64,000 nt of DNA, from positions 372,001 through 436,000 of the forward strand of contig CBFFRP010000298.1 in the NCBI GenBank assembly GCA_965644295.1. The letters run 5' to 3'. Under the pieces are notes generated by a model. The model did not search any database and was not told the origin of the DNA. It saw nothing but the letters and a program-made list of their open reading frames with translations. Each line of letters begins with the position of its first letter. The first letter of the stretch is position 1. Below are positions 1 through 10,144 of this stretch, in pieces. The DNA comes from Paraphysomonas bandaiensis (Eukaryota > Protista > Chrysophyceae). The translations under genes and the position numbers were made by a program.

Positions 1-36
1 AAATGTGCCTGACTACTTTACATCGGTTTGTGCTAG

Positions 37-131
37 GATTGTCGGAGTCTTATATGCTCATATATGAGAAAAAGCCCACAACTGCGGCGGTAATATCATC
101 AGCAGCAGAAGCCTCGGAGGAACATGCATAA
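37..131 (+). CDS. Last exon of a gene entering from the left, resembling the C-terminus of a USP39/Sad1-like ubiquitin-specific protease-family protein
   Basis: After an intron acceptor (tgctag, ends at 36) the frame reads (G)LSESYMLIYEKKPTTAAVISSAAEASEEHA*. LSESYxxIYEK resembles the USP39 C-terminal motif. Confidence 0.4.
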
Positions 132-541
132 CGCTTCTGTCGTATATATGCCTACGATGTGTGGGCGAGTCCAAATCTAGATCATTAGGTAGGTATTTAC
201 CGGCATGTGAAGAATGCAGTGTGACATCTGAGGTGTTGGTTTTTAGGATACGAAATTGTTAATTAAAGCAAAAAGCAATTCATTTTGTGAGAAAGTGTTG
301 TGTCGATTTTAAACTACATTTTGGGAAGTATGTAAATGATATCGAGTGTTGTCAAGAACCACACTTACAAAACTGAGATAGTAGTATATTCCACATCATA
401 GTATTCCGTACACAACCTTCACTGTAACGAATAGTATGAAGAATCTATCTTGATTTACTCTGACTGCCTACTATGGTTTTAAATTTCCTTACTCAGTGTT
501 AAAATTGTACCATTACCATAACATATGAAGACACAGTGCCA

Positions 542-2485
542 TTAAAACATCTTAATTATAGCTTCAACTTCACTTTTTAAATCGGAAGACATGTCCTTCA
601 TTAAGTTTTGAAATTTCTCAAAAAACAAGTGCCACTGATTTTCCTTCAAACTTTTTCTCAAACTACTGTCATCATCGTAACACGTTTCGATACGACAAAG
701 AATGAAGAACTGAAGCGTACGTAGATGTTCAAGAGCAGATATCATAAGATTATCACAATAGTACTCCTCCGCGACTGTGAGAGCATTTAGGGCATTACCT
801 TGCTCCTGCAGTATATAATCATCCAGAACACCGGACTCATCAACAGAACATCCTCGCAATGCTCTTGAATTCAACTGTAATAATGACGATATTATAGCGT
901 TCTCACAAAATACTTTGCACCCTTTCACACCCAACATGTTCGCGCACTCCAAAAGATCCACCACACTGTCACCGGTCGCATATAGTTCGCCGGAAGGCAC
1001 ATCATGCATATACATCCACTGAACAAGCATTTTCAAAGCCGTCGGTTTAGCTTCCACAACAATTTTATTGGAACCGGAACTACTTGATTCAGACGAACCA
1101 TTGGCATAACTCTCGGCCCACCCCCCGTCGAAGAGAGATCGAAAATACGAGCTATGCGCAGCTAAAACTATGCGATGTGCTGGGATGGATTCGATACGAT
1201 TGCTCCCACATGAGTCTAGAACTGTATATTGAGAATAAAGAACCACATCCGCATATCTCATGTCAGGATAAAGCGATGAGCAGTACTGACTCAATGCGGA
1301 ATCGGCTTCATCCCCGCCACAATTAAACTGCAGTGTGCGTTTAAAAAGAGACCCAGATGGAGTACTGAACACCTTTAATATCCAAGAGTCGCTGTGGTAT
1401 TTAGAGGGGAAAACACCTCCACCCATAACAAAAATATATCCACCTTTGAATGATGTAATGCATGAACCATTTCGAGCACTTGGGATAGGCGACCGTGCAC
1501 TTGCTTCGTTCTGAGAGCACCTCACTCCTCTGATACATGTGTGTTGTTGTTTACCATTGACATCGTTAGTGTTGTCCGAAAATTCAAAAGTAAAAACAAG
1601 CAATTCATCCAGATTCTCAGACAGTACTGAAGTTCCACCCCAAATTACCATAGAATTCGAACCCAGACGAGTACTACCTGCACAAAACCTAGGGCGAATG
1701 GCATGATCAGAAGGGTTATCCCACTCTACAAATTCAGTAAGATTAGATACATGTAAAGTGTCCATATGAAAGCAAAAAAGATCGGACGAAATGGTGGTTT
1801 GATACTGCATTGATGAAAAATCAATGTAAGTTCCCCCGAATATATACAAATTCGAATCAATTGCAGTGTAAGCAAACAGGGACAATTGCGTAGGAATTCC
1901 TCGTATGTGCTTCACACTCCACTCCATACTGAGCGTGCTTTCCTCATCTTCACATGATTTCAACGTAGAAATGTCCAACATAAATACAGACTGACAATCT
2001 AATGACAGACTATGTGAATCACCGCCCACTACAATCATCATATCTTCATATATAGCAGCCGCATGTCCTCGTCTTGGAGGTGGATGATAGTCACTACGAA
2101 GAGTAGGTACATGCCACCTCTTATTAACCGTATCATATACATATAAATCATTACTATAATCTATAGCACCAGAAGACAATTGTATGAATCCCCCAAACAC
2201 AATTATCCATCTATCTCTATACACTACAGCAGAGTGCCCTCGTCGACCTGTAAAATAAGCTCCGCATGTCTCCTCTATACGACATATACCGTCCTGTATA
2301 TCGTATACATGTATATCATTACAGTGTGTATATCTGTTGCTGTTATCTGCTATATAACCCCCTCCGATGATGTATAGTTGATGGCATACCTCACTGATTG
2401 TATGGGAACATCGGCCTTGTAGTTGATCAGTGCTGTGGGTTAATTGACGCCATAAGGAATTGATTTCAAATGGTGTTTTGGTCAT
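542..2485 (-). CDS. Kelch-repeat + BTB/POZ protein (LZTR1-like CUL3 adaptor)
   Basis: 647-aa intronless ORF with Kelch repeats (RRGHSAV..IIVFGG, RRGHAAA..MIVVGG, LYIFGG, IFVMGG), followed by a BTB domain (ADVVL..IPAHRIVLAAHSSYFRSLFDGGWAES). Confidence 0.9.
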   Translation of the reverse strand: MTKTPFEINSLWRQLTHSTDQLQGRCSHTISEVCHQLYIIGGGYIADNSNRYTHCNDIHVYDIQDGICRIEETCGAYFTGRRGHSAVVYRDRWIIVFGGFIQLSSGAIDYSNDLYVYDTVNKRWHVPTLRSDYHPPPRRGHAAAIYEDMMIVVGGDSHSLSLDCQSVFMLDISTLKSCEDEESTLSMEWSVKHIRGIPTQLSLFAYTAIDSNLYIFGGTYIDFSSMQYQTTISSDLFCFHMDTLHVSNLTEFVEWDNPSDHAIRPRFCAGSTRLGSNSMVIWGGTSVLSENLDELLVFTFEFSDNTNDVNGKQQHTCIRGVRCSQNEASARSPIPSARNGSCITSFKGGYIFVMGGGVFPSKYHSDSWILKVFSTPSGSLFKRTLQFNCGGDEADSALSQYCSSLYPDMRYADVVLYSQYTVLDSCGSNRIESIPAHRIVLAAHSSYFRSLFDGGWAESYANGSSESSSSGSNKIVVEAKPTALKMLVQWMYMHDVPSGELYATGDSVVDLLECANMLGVKGCKVFCENAIISSLLQLNSRALRGCSVDESGVLDDYILQEQGNALNALTVAEEYYCDNLMISALEHLRTLQFFILCRIETCYDDDSSLRKSLKENQWHLFFEKFQNLMKDMSSDLKSEVEAIIKMF

Positions 2486-3079
2486 AGGGAGGGGCTGGTT
2501 GAGAGGGAGATGGAGAGGTTGGTTGAGAGGGAGGGGAGGTGATTGATGTGGATCTTATGATAGTATTATGCACGATACTGACACTATCGTCTCTGCCTGT
2601 ACTGCGCTACGGTCGTATACCGTACACCTGTACTATAATGCAGTACACTAGAATGTATCGTACCATATATACTCTGTACATATATACACATACTGCTCTG
2701 TATATTCATTCAGTGCTGTACATGTACTCCGTTGCTGTATATCGTATGTACGAAGTATGGCGGTATGCCTCCTGCTCGACAATGTATACTGCTGTACTAC
2801 ACACGCATCATCCAATCATATAGCTCTATTATTTCAATTGGTAACTGGATTGGCTGTGTTTCTGTTAATGTGAATGTATGTATGAGCAGTTGAGTTGTCT
2901 GTACACTAATAGCATCAGCTTACATTATTAACATCATAGATAAGGGCTAGTTCTTTCTCGACAACAATATTCACACTATATCAGCAATGCTCTAATCGCT
3001 CCTACTAACGATAGTTTGAATAGTAGCATACATACGACTGCATCAGTGTATTAAATGCAGAGTACATCACTCTATAATC

Positions 3080-4485
3080 ATGTCGCACAGTATCCCTCTA
3101 CTAGTCATATGTATTCTTATAGGCTGCAATGTCGTACAAACAGCGGAAAAAAATCCAAATAAAAAGCCACGTACACGTGCATATGAGTTGGTGAATGATA
3201 TGATGACTTTAAGTGGAAGAAATCAATCATCAGAAGGAGCGAGCTCATCTATGGATTATCATATTTGTTTAGATCAAGGAGAGGCGTATGCTGCGTCATT
3301 TTTGGTAACTACAAATAACTTAATGCGTCGTTATTACGGAAAGGTGTCGAAATCGAACTTTTGTGAGCAAGGCTCTCTGTCGATGATGAGTGTTCGGAAT
3401 AACGTTCAGTCATTGGATGTACTGGACTATAGTGTCATTCACTTGTCTTCTTACGAACGATCCCAAAGGCGTGTCCGCAAGGAGCTTAAACTGCCGTCTA
3501 TAAATGATAACGTCACATCAGCAGTGCGGAAGGCACTCGACTATATCCGCCTATCTGAGACTTCCTTTGATAGTTCCACCAATTTAAATCGCACGCTAGT
3601 TTTGATGCCCTATCTAGCAGCAACTACAGGACAAGGAAACTCTCGACCGCATAATCGTTATTTGTACCTTGCTGCCTGCTTCTGGAGCATACATAAGTAC
3701 ATGCCCAATATAGTAATAGGTGTTTCGAACTCGCAGGACGAGGCCTATGTAAGGTTGATTTCATATCTATTTCAAATATAGTCTATTTCTTAAGAATAGC
3801 TTTTCAGGTCACAATCTGGTCTCCCTGTGTATGACATTATTCACCTTCCCAATTTGCCAACGAATGCCTCTCTTCCGGTAGCATTAGTTCTTGCAGCGAA
3901 GCAGAAACTACAGAGAAAACAATACGACTTTGACTTCGTTTACTACACAGAATCAGATCAGGTAAGTAGGTATGCGTGATTTATCAATCTGATACTATTT
4001 GATTAGACCCATAACGATTTTTACTATTATGTCAGATATTATTACTGCGCAAGCCTGACGCTCTGTACTCACTCTTTCTTAAAAACGATCGTTATGTTTT
4101 ATTACCTCATCGTCTGATGGCATACGCAGAAGAGGTGTATTTTGTGATGTAATTTCTACATCTTAATAATTTCGTCTAGGCTATTACATTCCGCTTGAAT
4201 ACTACGTCCATCATGTCTGAGACAATAGTAGATGCGGCTGGCCGCAGATCTTCAATCAGTTCACAGAACGCGCTCCTCACTTGGCGACGAGGAGACAGTC
4301 TTCCTTGGACTGAGTACACTTGTTATATCCCACGCCAATTATGCAGGAATCGTAATGGGTGGGTTGACCTCCTTTCTGGTAAAGTGCCTATCATTAAAAT
4401 TTATGGCTTATATGTTCCTCTTGGAAATAGTAACTATCATCGTGAATCATATAGAACCTGTGTTTTTTCTTCGAAATATATGTAG
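3080..4485 (+). CDS. Secreted or membrane-anchored protein of unknown function (multi-exon)
   Basis: Hydrophobic N-terminus (MSHSIPLLVICILIGC). ORF 3080-3781 is continued through GT-AG introns near 3753, 3962 and 4135 to the stop at 4485. Conserved-looking blocks YLAACFWS and FDFVYYTESDQ|ILLLR. Confidence 0.6.
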
Positions 4486-4780
4486 CTTTGATATGTGGTG
4501 GTTGAGTGCAGTAGCTTTGATATGATGAATGCATTAAATATTTAAATTTATTCAAAGCGTCAACTCTGTCATGACTTAATGGGAACTAATTAATGGGAGC
4601 AACTAGGAATAGTAATAAGATCTCTGTTAGGATATATATATAAAGGCAGGTATGATTATCAATAGCAGTTTCTGAAGTATTATATTTTAGTGATCATATA
4701 TAACGACTAGCCCAACAACCTGTGAAATATGCCAATCAGGTCTTCGACATATAGTTCTACGCATTAAACTTCGCATATTG

Positions 4781-5087
4781 TATTGAACTACAACCAACTC
4801 CTACGTGCGTACTTGAAGTTTGGTAAAGTCAATCGCTAGTAGTTATCCTGTATTCTATGTAGCAATGAAATACAGAATATACATGACTACAGTATAGGAG
4901 TAGCTATTACAAGTATACAAAGAAACTGAAAATATAGTAGCTGTTAAAGATATGATTTGTAGAACAGAATGTTGATGTTGGTGAATGACGTGGTTCCTAA
5001 CTCACAGGGCTACAACATCATAAACTTACTATATCTCCTATAATATCAATCAGTCAATATTGCACTAACTAAAAGCGTAAATTAATA
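4781..5087 (+). repeat. 5' LTR (TATT...AATA termini)
   Basis: Direct repeat of 9653-9959. Confidence 0.95.
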
Positions 5088-8000
5088 TGGCAGCGGATGG
5101 AAATTTCACGAATGTCGCCTCAGGCTCAAAGGTACCTCCCTTCGAGGAACTGAACTTCAAGAAATTCAAGAAGTTCTTCACCTCATTCCTCATGAGACAC
5201 AATCGAGCTCATCTTGTCCTCTCAAAGGATAAACCAAGGCACATTCATGATCTAGACTCTACAGTCCCAGCGGGAGCTCATATGACTGATGCACAGAAGA
5301 AGCGACTACGCAAAGCGAAGAAACTCTGGAACACCCGGAACGAGACCGCGTACTCCTTCCTGATGGAAGTGTGCAATGCTCACCCAAAAGCAGGCACAAC
5401 AGCGGCTCTCTACGAAGGAAGTACAGCAAAAGGGTTACTACAGGCACTGGAAGAGAGATTTCTCAATGTTGAAAAGAATACAGTACAGGCAGAGGTCACA
5501 AAGTTCAATTCAATGAAGATTACCTCAAGTCAGTCAGGAGCAGAGTTCGTCGACAGCGTTGAAGCCCAGGCCAAGATTCTCGAGAATCTAGGTCGTGAAG
5601 TCACGGAAGACGACAAGCTCACTCGACTAAAGGAAGGTCTCACAGACAAGAGATATTCCCAACTAGCACACAGCCTGTATACAGCAAACGATGTGACATA
5701 CGCAAGAGCAAGCAGCCTAATCAAAGGGTATGAAAACACATCATTCGGCAAGCATGCGTTGCAAAATTCAGGGGAAGACAGTGTCAATCAAGCAGTGGAT
5801 GACAGTAAATGGAAAGAGCACAAGAGAAAGGGCAGATGCAATAAGTGCAAGAAACTTGGCCACTTTGCTAGGGAGTGCAAGACTCCAGAGCATGTCATAA
5901 AGAGGATGAAGGGGACAAGATCACAGAGAAAAGATAGAGATCACAGAAACAGGGGTGATAACAAAACAAAGCTACCTGTGTGTGAGATATGTGACATCCC
6001 AGGCCATCAGACTAAAGACTGCTTCCACTTGAAGACTGCTAAAGCTGCAGTGGTCAGTTCTAAACGGGGGCGAGACTCTAGAAGGGAAACGGCACCCTAC
6101 AAGAACAAGAAGAAACCGCGAGTGTCTGTACATGATTCAGAAGATGAAGCGGGATACGAATCGATGATATGTGTGGAAGAAGAGGTGAATCTAGCACAGA
6201 GCATGTCAGATGTTATTTATTTAGACAGCGGGTGCAACAAGATGATCCTTACCTCCAAAAACCACATGACCAACCTTCAGCGCGCTGATAGGCAGATGTC
6301 CACAGCGAACAAAGGTAAACTGTCAATACACAGTGTTGGCGATGTAGGAAGCTTTAAAAAGGTGTACTACGCACCTGAAGCAAGTAAGAACCTCGTAGAT
6401 ATGAAGAGCATCACAGATAGGGGTTGTGTTGTGACGTTCGATAATGATGAAGTCGTCATTCGAAATAAGACTACGAACAAGACACTCATTAGACAGAGAA
6501 GTGTTAATGGATTATATCCAGTTCGACTCGAAGACTTACTTCAGCTTGGAGAAGAATCCTCAGCAGCACTTGAGGAGCAGGGGTTTGATGACCAGCGAAT
6601 TCTATGGCACAAAAGACTTGGCCATGTCAACTATGATAAACTGACTGAGTCCGACCGCCGAGGCCTAGTTGATGGAATAAATCTGGACAAGAAATATTTC
6701 AGAAAAAAACACAAAAAAACGATATGCAAATGTAATACCTGCATGCGATCGAAACTCACGAGAAAGAACTTCAGGACTCCACGCCAGTTGATGAACTTAG
6801 ACAACAACCCAAAGGAGAGAGGGGTGCTCAGTGCAGATACGATGGAAGTCCTAAACACGCCATCGATGGAAGGCTACAAACATGTGTTACTATTCAAGCA
6901 CAGTGATGCAAAACATGTATGGGCTTATGGGTTGAAAAACAAGACTGGGAGTGAAGTGTTAAAGTGTATGAAGGACATGGTAGAGACCCAACTTGTCAAA
7001 GAAGGATTGCAACTACGACGATATCATGCAGATGGCGCAGGAGAACTAGTAGGGCAACATGTCAGGCAGTACTTACGTGAAACCACCAGCACAAGGACTG
7101 TACAGGTTACTTGGACTCCACGTGACACACCCGAAATGAATTCGCTATCGGAACGCACTAATCGTACAGTGAAGGAGATGGCCCTTGCTATATTGCTCGA
7201 TAGTGGCATGCCATCAGTATTTTGGTTCAAAGCAGTCTTGCATGCTGTATATCTGATCAACAGGTTACCTACGAAGACAACGAAAGGATACATCTCACCT
7301 TTTGAGTATATTACTGGAACCGCACCAGATGTGAGTGACTTGAAGATCTGGGGCTGCAAGGCATGGGCTATTGTGCCGAAGGAGCAGCGCCGCAAAGAGT
7401 GGAAAGAAAAGGGAAAACCTGGATACTATATGGGACAATGTCAACAACCTGTTGGACACCAAATATATATTCCAGACCTGAATGCTATTATTGTTGCAGT
7501 CAATGCACAGTTTGATGAGTCAATTCCAGAGCGTTCACAGGAGTATTTCGACGAAATAGATAATCTACAAATCGACACCTCAGAAACAGCAGAGAGTGTA
7601 AATGACTATCAGTACCTGGTGGGCCTCAGACATCTTGATGGACACCTGTGTTATGTTACCACCAGAGTGATAGAGAGAAGAGGAGTCATTGTTGCATATA
7701 GGAGATTAGATATGAAAGGAAATACTACCGAGGAGCAAACTCCAATTCATATCAAAGATGTAGTAAAGATGACTCACTCTACAAAGTGTCAGACCGACAA
7801 GTTTAATAGTTTGCGAAATGAGTTGGATCAGACTTGTAATGACAGTGACAATGAACAGAGGACTCCTGACCGCTCAAATCGGGGCGCATCTTCAACAGGT
7901 GGGGCAGATCGAAATCCCAGAACTGAAAAACGACCTCGAAAAAAACGGCACATTGTTAACGTTGGTGTCCTCGGCGATGTCTCATTGTTTCTTGATTCCT

Positions 8001-9604
8001 CCAACAGCACAATTAAAGAGCCACAGACGCTGGCAGAAGCAAAGAAGACTCCACAGAGAACATACTGGATTGAAGCTACCAGGAAGGAGGTGCACAAGCT
8101 TGAACGAAGGACATGCTGGAAGATTGTCCGAAGGCCGAAACACCGAAAAATCATAAAATCTAAATTGGTCTTTAAAGTAAAGCGCGACCATCTTGGAAAA
8201 ATTAAGAAGTTCAAAGTTCGACTTGTGGCGAAAGGGTTTACTCAAGAACAAGGAGTCGACTATAATGAGACATTCTCCCCAGTAGCTAAAGGTGTATCAT
8301 TTAGGCTAGCACTGGCACTGGCTCTGCGATACAATCTGCAACTCCGTCAACTCGATGTAGAAACGGCATTTCCGTATGCAGATCTGGACGAAGACGTGTT
8401 TATGTCTCCACCTGCAGGAATAGATATTCCACAAGGCTGTTGTTTGAAGATTCTGAAGAGTTTGTATGGCCTAAAACAAGCGCCTCGAAATTGGCATTCA
8501 ATGCTGAAGGACAGTATAAAGGCGATGGGGTATAAACAATGTGTTCTTGACCCATGTTTATTTGTACTCAAGGGTACTGATGATAACCTACATATGATAC
8601 TTGTGTATGTAGATGATATCATTGTGCTCAGCTCTGACAGCCGTCATATTGAAGAAGTCATCAGCGCCTTTAAGACTCAATATGCCATGCAAGATATGGG
8701 GGACCTTAAGCATTATTTAGGTCTTACCATTGAGCGTCATAATGGCCAGATTAAGTTACATCAGTCTGCATATGCTAAAGATGTTGTGGCCAGATTCAAT
8801 CACTTGTTGTCAGAAAAGAAGAGACGGTGCAAGGCAACCACACCTCTACCACCTGGCCTAAAGTTGTCCAAGGATGCAAAAGAGGAAGAAACTCGAAAAC
8901 AGAGAGAATACGTTGATGCATTTCCCTATCAATCTGTTATTGGTGCCTTAATGTATTTGGCAGTGCATACTAGACCAGACATGGCATATACAGTAAATCT
9001 TCTCTCCCGGTTCACCACAAGACCCACGTACGCTGCATGTCAAGCTGCTCTGCATACTTTATTGTATTTAGAAAATACAGTTGATCAAGGTATCATATTT
9101 CCTAATTTCACAGATGAAGACCCTCTATGTGTGTACTCTGATGCAGATTGGGCCGGAGATCTGGATACATGCAGATCCACTACAGGGTATATCGTATATC
9201 TGTGGGGTGCTCCAATTGCATGGCAGTCCAGACTGCAGCCAACAGTGGCTACGTCGACTATGGAAGCTGAATATATGGCTGCATATGCTGCAATTCAGGA
9301 GATTGTATGGATACGAGGGGTGATGACAGAGCTCGGAATTCGTGGATTTGAGCTCAGTAAGAATGCGTCTCCAACAATCTTGAATATGGACAGCAAGAGT
9401 GCGATTGATCTAGCTCAGAACCCGGTAAATCATAAACGTTCCAAGCATATTCGGATCAAGTATCATTGGATTCGAGAGCAAGTGGGAGGCTGTATCGTCA
9501 GGCTGAATCATGTGCCAACGGCAGAGATGACAGCAGACGTGATGACTAAAGCCTTGTCCGAGAAGCTGCACTATCAGCATGTGCACACTATGGTATCGCA
9601 CTAA
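5087..9604 (+). CDS. Copia gag-pol polyprotein (Gag, 2 zinc knuckles, protease, integrase, RT, RNase H)
   Basis: Zinc knuckles CNKCKKLGHFAREC and CEICDIPGHQTKDC; protease YLDSGCN; LWHKRLGH..CNTC; integrase SADT/ADGAGE/NSLSER; RT KVRLVAKGFTQ, LYGLKQAP, YVDD; RNase H YSDADWAG, EAEY, ADVMTK. The PR-IN-RT-RH order is that of copia. Confidence 0.97.
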   Translation: MAADGNFTNVASGSKVPPFEELNFKKFKKFFTSFLMRHNRAHLVLSKDKPRHIHDLDSTVPAGAHMTDAQKKRLRKAKKLWNTRNETAYSFLMEVCNAHPKAGTTAALYEGSTAKGLLQALEERFLNVEKNTVQAEVTKFNSMKITSSQSGAEFVDSVEAQAKILENLGREVTEDDKLTRLKEGLTDKRYSQLAHSLYTANDVTYARASSLIKGYENTSFGKHALQNSGEDSVNQAVDDSKWKEHKRKGRCNKCKKLGHFARECKTPEHVIKRMKGTRSQRKDRDHRNRGDNKTKLPVCEICDIPGHQTKDCFHLKTAKAAVVSSKRGRDSRRETAPYKNKKKPRVSVHDSEDEAGYESMICVEEEVNLAQSMSDVIYLDSGCNKMILTSKNHMTNLQRADRQMSTANKGKLSIHSVGDVGSFKKVYYAPEASKNLVDMKSITDRGCVVTFDNDEVVIRNKTTNKTLIRQRSVNGLYPVRLEDLLQLGEESSAALEEQGFDDQRILWHKRLGHVNYDKLTESDRRGLVDGINLDKKYFRKKHKKTICKCNTCMRSKLTRKNFRTPRQLMNLDNNPKERGVLSADTMEVLNTPSMEGYKHVLLFKHSDAKHVWAYGLKNKTGSEVLKCMKDMVETQLVKEGLQLRRYHADGAGELVGQHVRQYLRETTSTRTVQVTWTPRDTPEMNSLSERTNRTVKEMALAILLDSGMPSVFWFKAVLHAVYLINRLPTKTTKGYISPFEYITGTAPDVSDLKIWGCKAWAIVPKEQRRKEWKEKGKPGYYMGQCQQPVGHQIYIPDLNAIIVAVNAQFDESIPERSQEYFDEIDNLQIDTSETAESVNDYQYLVGLRHLDGHLCYVTTRVIERRGVIVAYRRLDMKGNTTEEQTPIHIKDVVKMTHSTKCQTDKFNSLRNELDQTCNDSDNEQRTPDRSNRGASSTGGADRNPRTEKRPRKKRHIVNVGVLGDVSLFLDSSNSTIKEPQTLAEAKKTPQRTYWIEATRKEVHKLERRTCWKIVRRPKHRKIIKSKLVFKVKRDHLGKIKKFKVRLVAKGFTQEQGVDYNETFSPVAKGVSFRLALALALRYNLQLRQLDVETAFPYADLDEDVFMSPPAGIDIPQGCCLKILKSLYGLKQAPRNWHSMLKDSIKAMGYKQCVLDPCLFVLKGTDDNLHMILVYVDDIIVLSSDSRHIEEVISAFKTQYAMQDMGDLKHYLGLTIERHNGQIKLHQSAYAKDVVARFNHLLSEKKRRCKATTPLPPGLKLSKDAKEEETRKQREYVDAFPYQSVIGALMYLAVHTRPDMAYTVNLLSRFTTRPTYAACQAALHTLLYLENTVDQGIIFPNFTDEDPLCVYSDADWAGDLDTCRSTTGYIVYLWGAPIAWQSRLQPTVATSTMEAEYMAAYAAIQEIVWIRGVMTELGIRGFELSKNASPTILNMDSKSAIDLAQNPVNHKRSKHIRIKYHWIREQVGGCIVRLNHVPTAEMTADVMTKALSEKLHYQHVHTMVSH
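5088..5100 (+). promoter_or_regulatory. Putative primer-binding site TGGCAGCGGATGG
   Basis: Starts with TGG immediately after the 5' LTR end. The primer tRNA is not established (resembles tRNA-Leu-type PBSs). Confidence 0.55.
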
Positions 9605-9643
9605 GTAGACTTGCTCATCACAGTATATTCTGATATGTTCATT

Positions 9644-9652
9644 GAGTGGGAG
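9644..9652 (+). promoter_or_regulatory. Polypurine tract GAGTGGGAG
   Basis: Purine-rich run abutting the 3' LTR start. Confidence 0.8.
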
Positions 9653-9959
9653 TATTGAACTACAACCAACTCCTACGTGCGTACTTGAAGTTTGGTAAAG
9701 TCAATCGCTAGTAGTTATCCTGTATTCTATGTAGCAATGAAATACAGAATATACATGACTACAGTATAGGAGTAGCTATTACAAGTATACAAAGAAACTG
9801 AAAATATAGTAGCTGTTAAAGATATGATTTGTAGAACAGAATGTTGATGTTGGTGAATGACGTGGTTCCTAACTCACAGGGCTACAACATCATAAACTTA
9901 CTATATCTCCTATAATATCAATCAGTCAATATTGCACTAACTAAAAGCGTAAATTAATA
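9653..9959 (+). repeat. 3' LTR
   Basis: Direct repeat of 4781-5087, followed by TSD TATTG. Confidence 0.95.
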
Positions 9960-10144
9960 TATTGCATAACATCCCCGATAGTAAAAATAAAGTAATCCTT
10001 ATTACTTTAACGTCGAAACCATATTTTATATTTCGCAGCATTCAAGAATAGAGATGCAAAGAATATGATGTTATGCTTATACCATACCGTCGTCTAATAG
10101 TCAAAGACGACATCTATAATTGCACTCTAAGTGCAGCAAAACAG

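Larger units (their letters stand above)
4781..9959 (+). mobile_element. Intact Ty1/copia LTR retrotransposon
   Basis: Two 307-bp LTRs (4781-5087, 9653-9959), identical by eye. 5-bp TSD TATTG (4776-4780, 9960-9964). PBS-like TGG directly after the 5' LTR and PPT GAGTGGGAG directly before the 3' LTR. Single gag-pol ORF. Confidence 0.97.

Noticed and set aside
2539-2823. Y/T/I/C-rich ORFs in promoter regions (also 11461-11714, 23222-23650, 25514-25708, 54211-54471)
   Set aside because: Translations of TATAC/TACA low-complexity or minisatellite DNA.
4779-4780. Canonical TG start for the 5' LTR
   Set aside because: The 3' LTR is preceded by AG (PPT), not TG, and the TG belongs to the TATTG TSD.
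5259-9601. Short antisense and alternate-frame ORFs within the copia ORF
   Set aside because: Shadow ORFs with no motifs; explained by the gag-pol frame.
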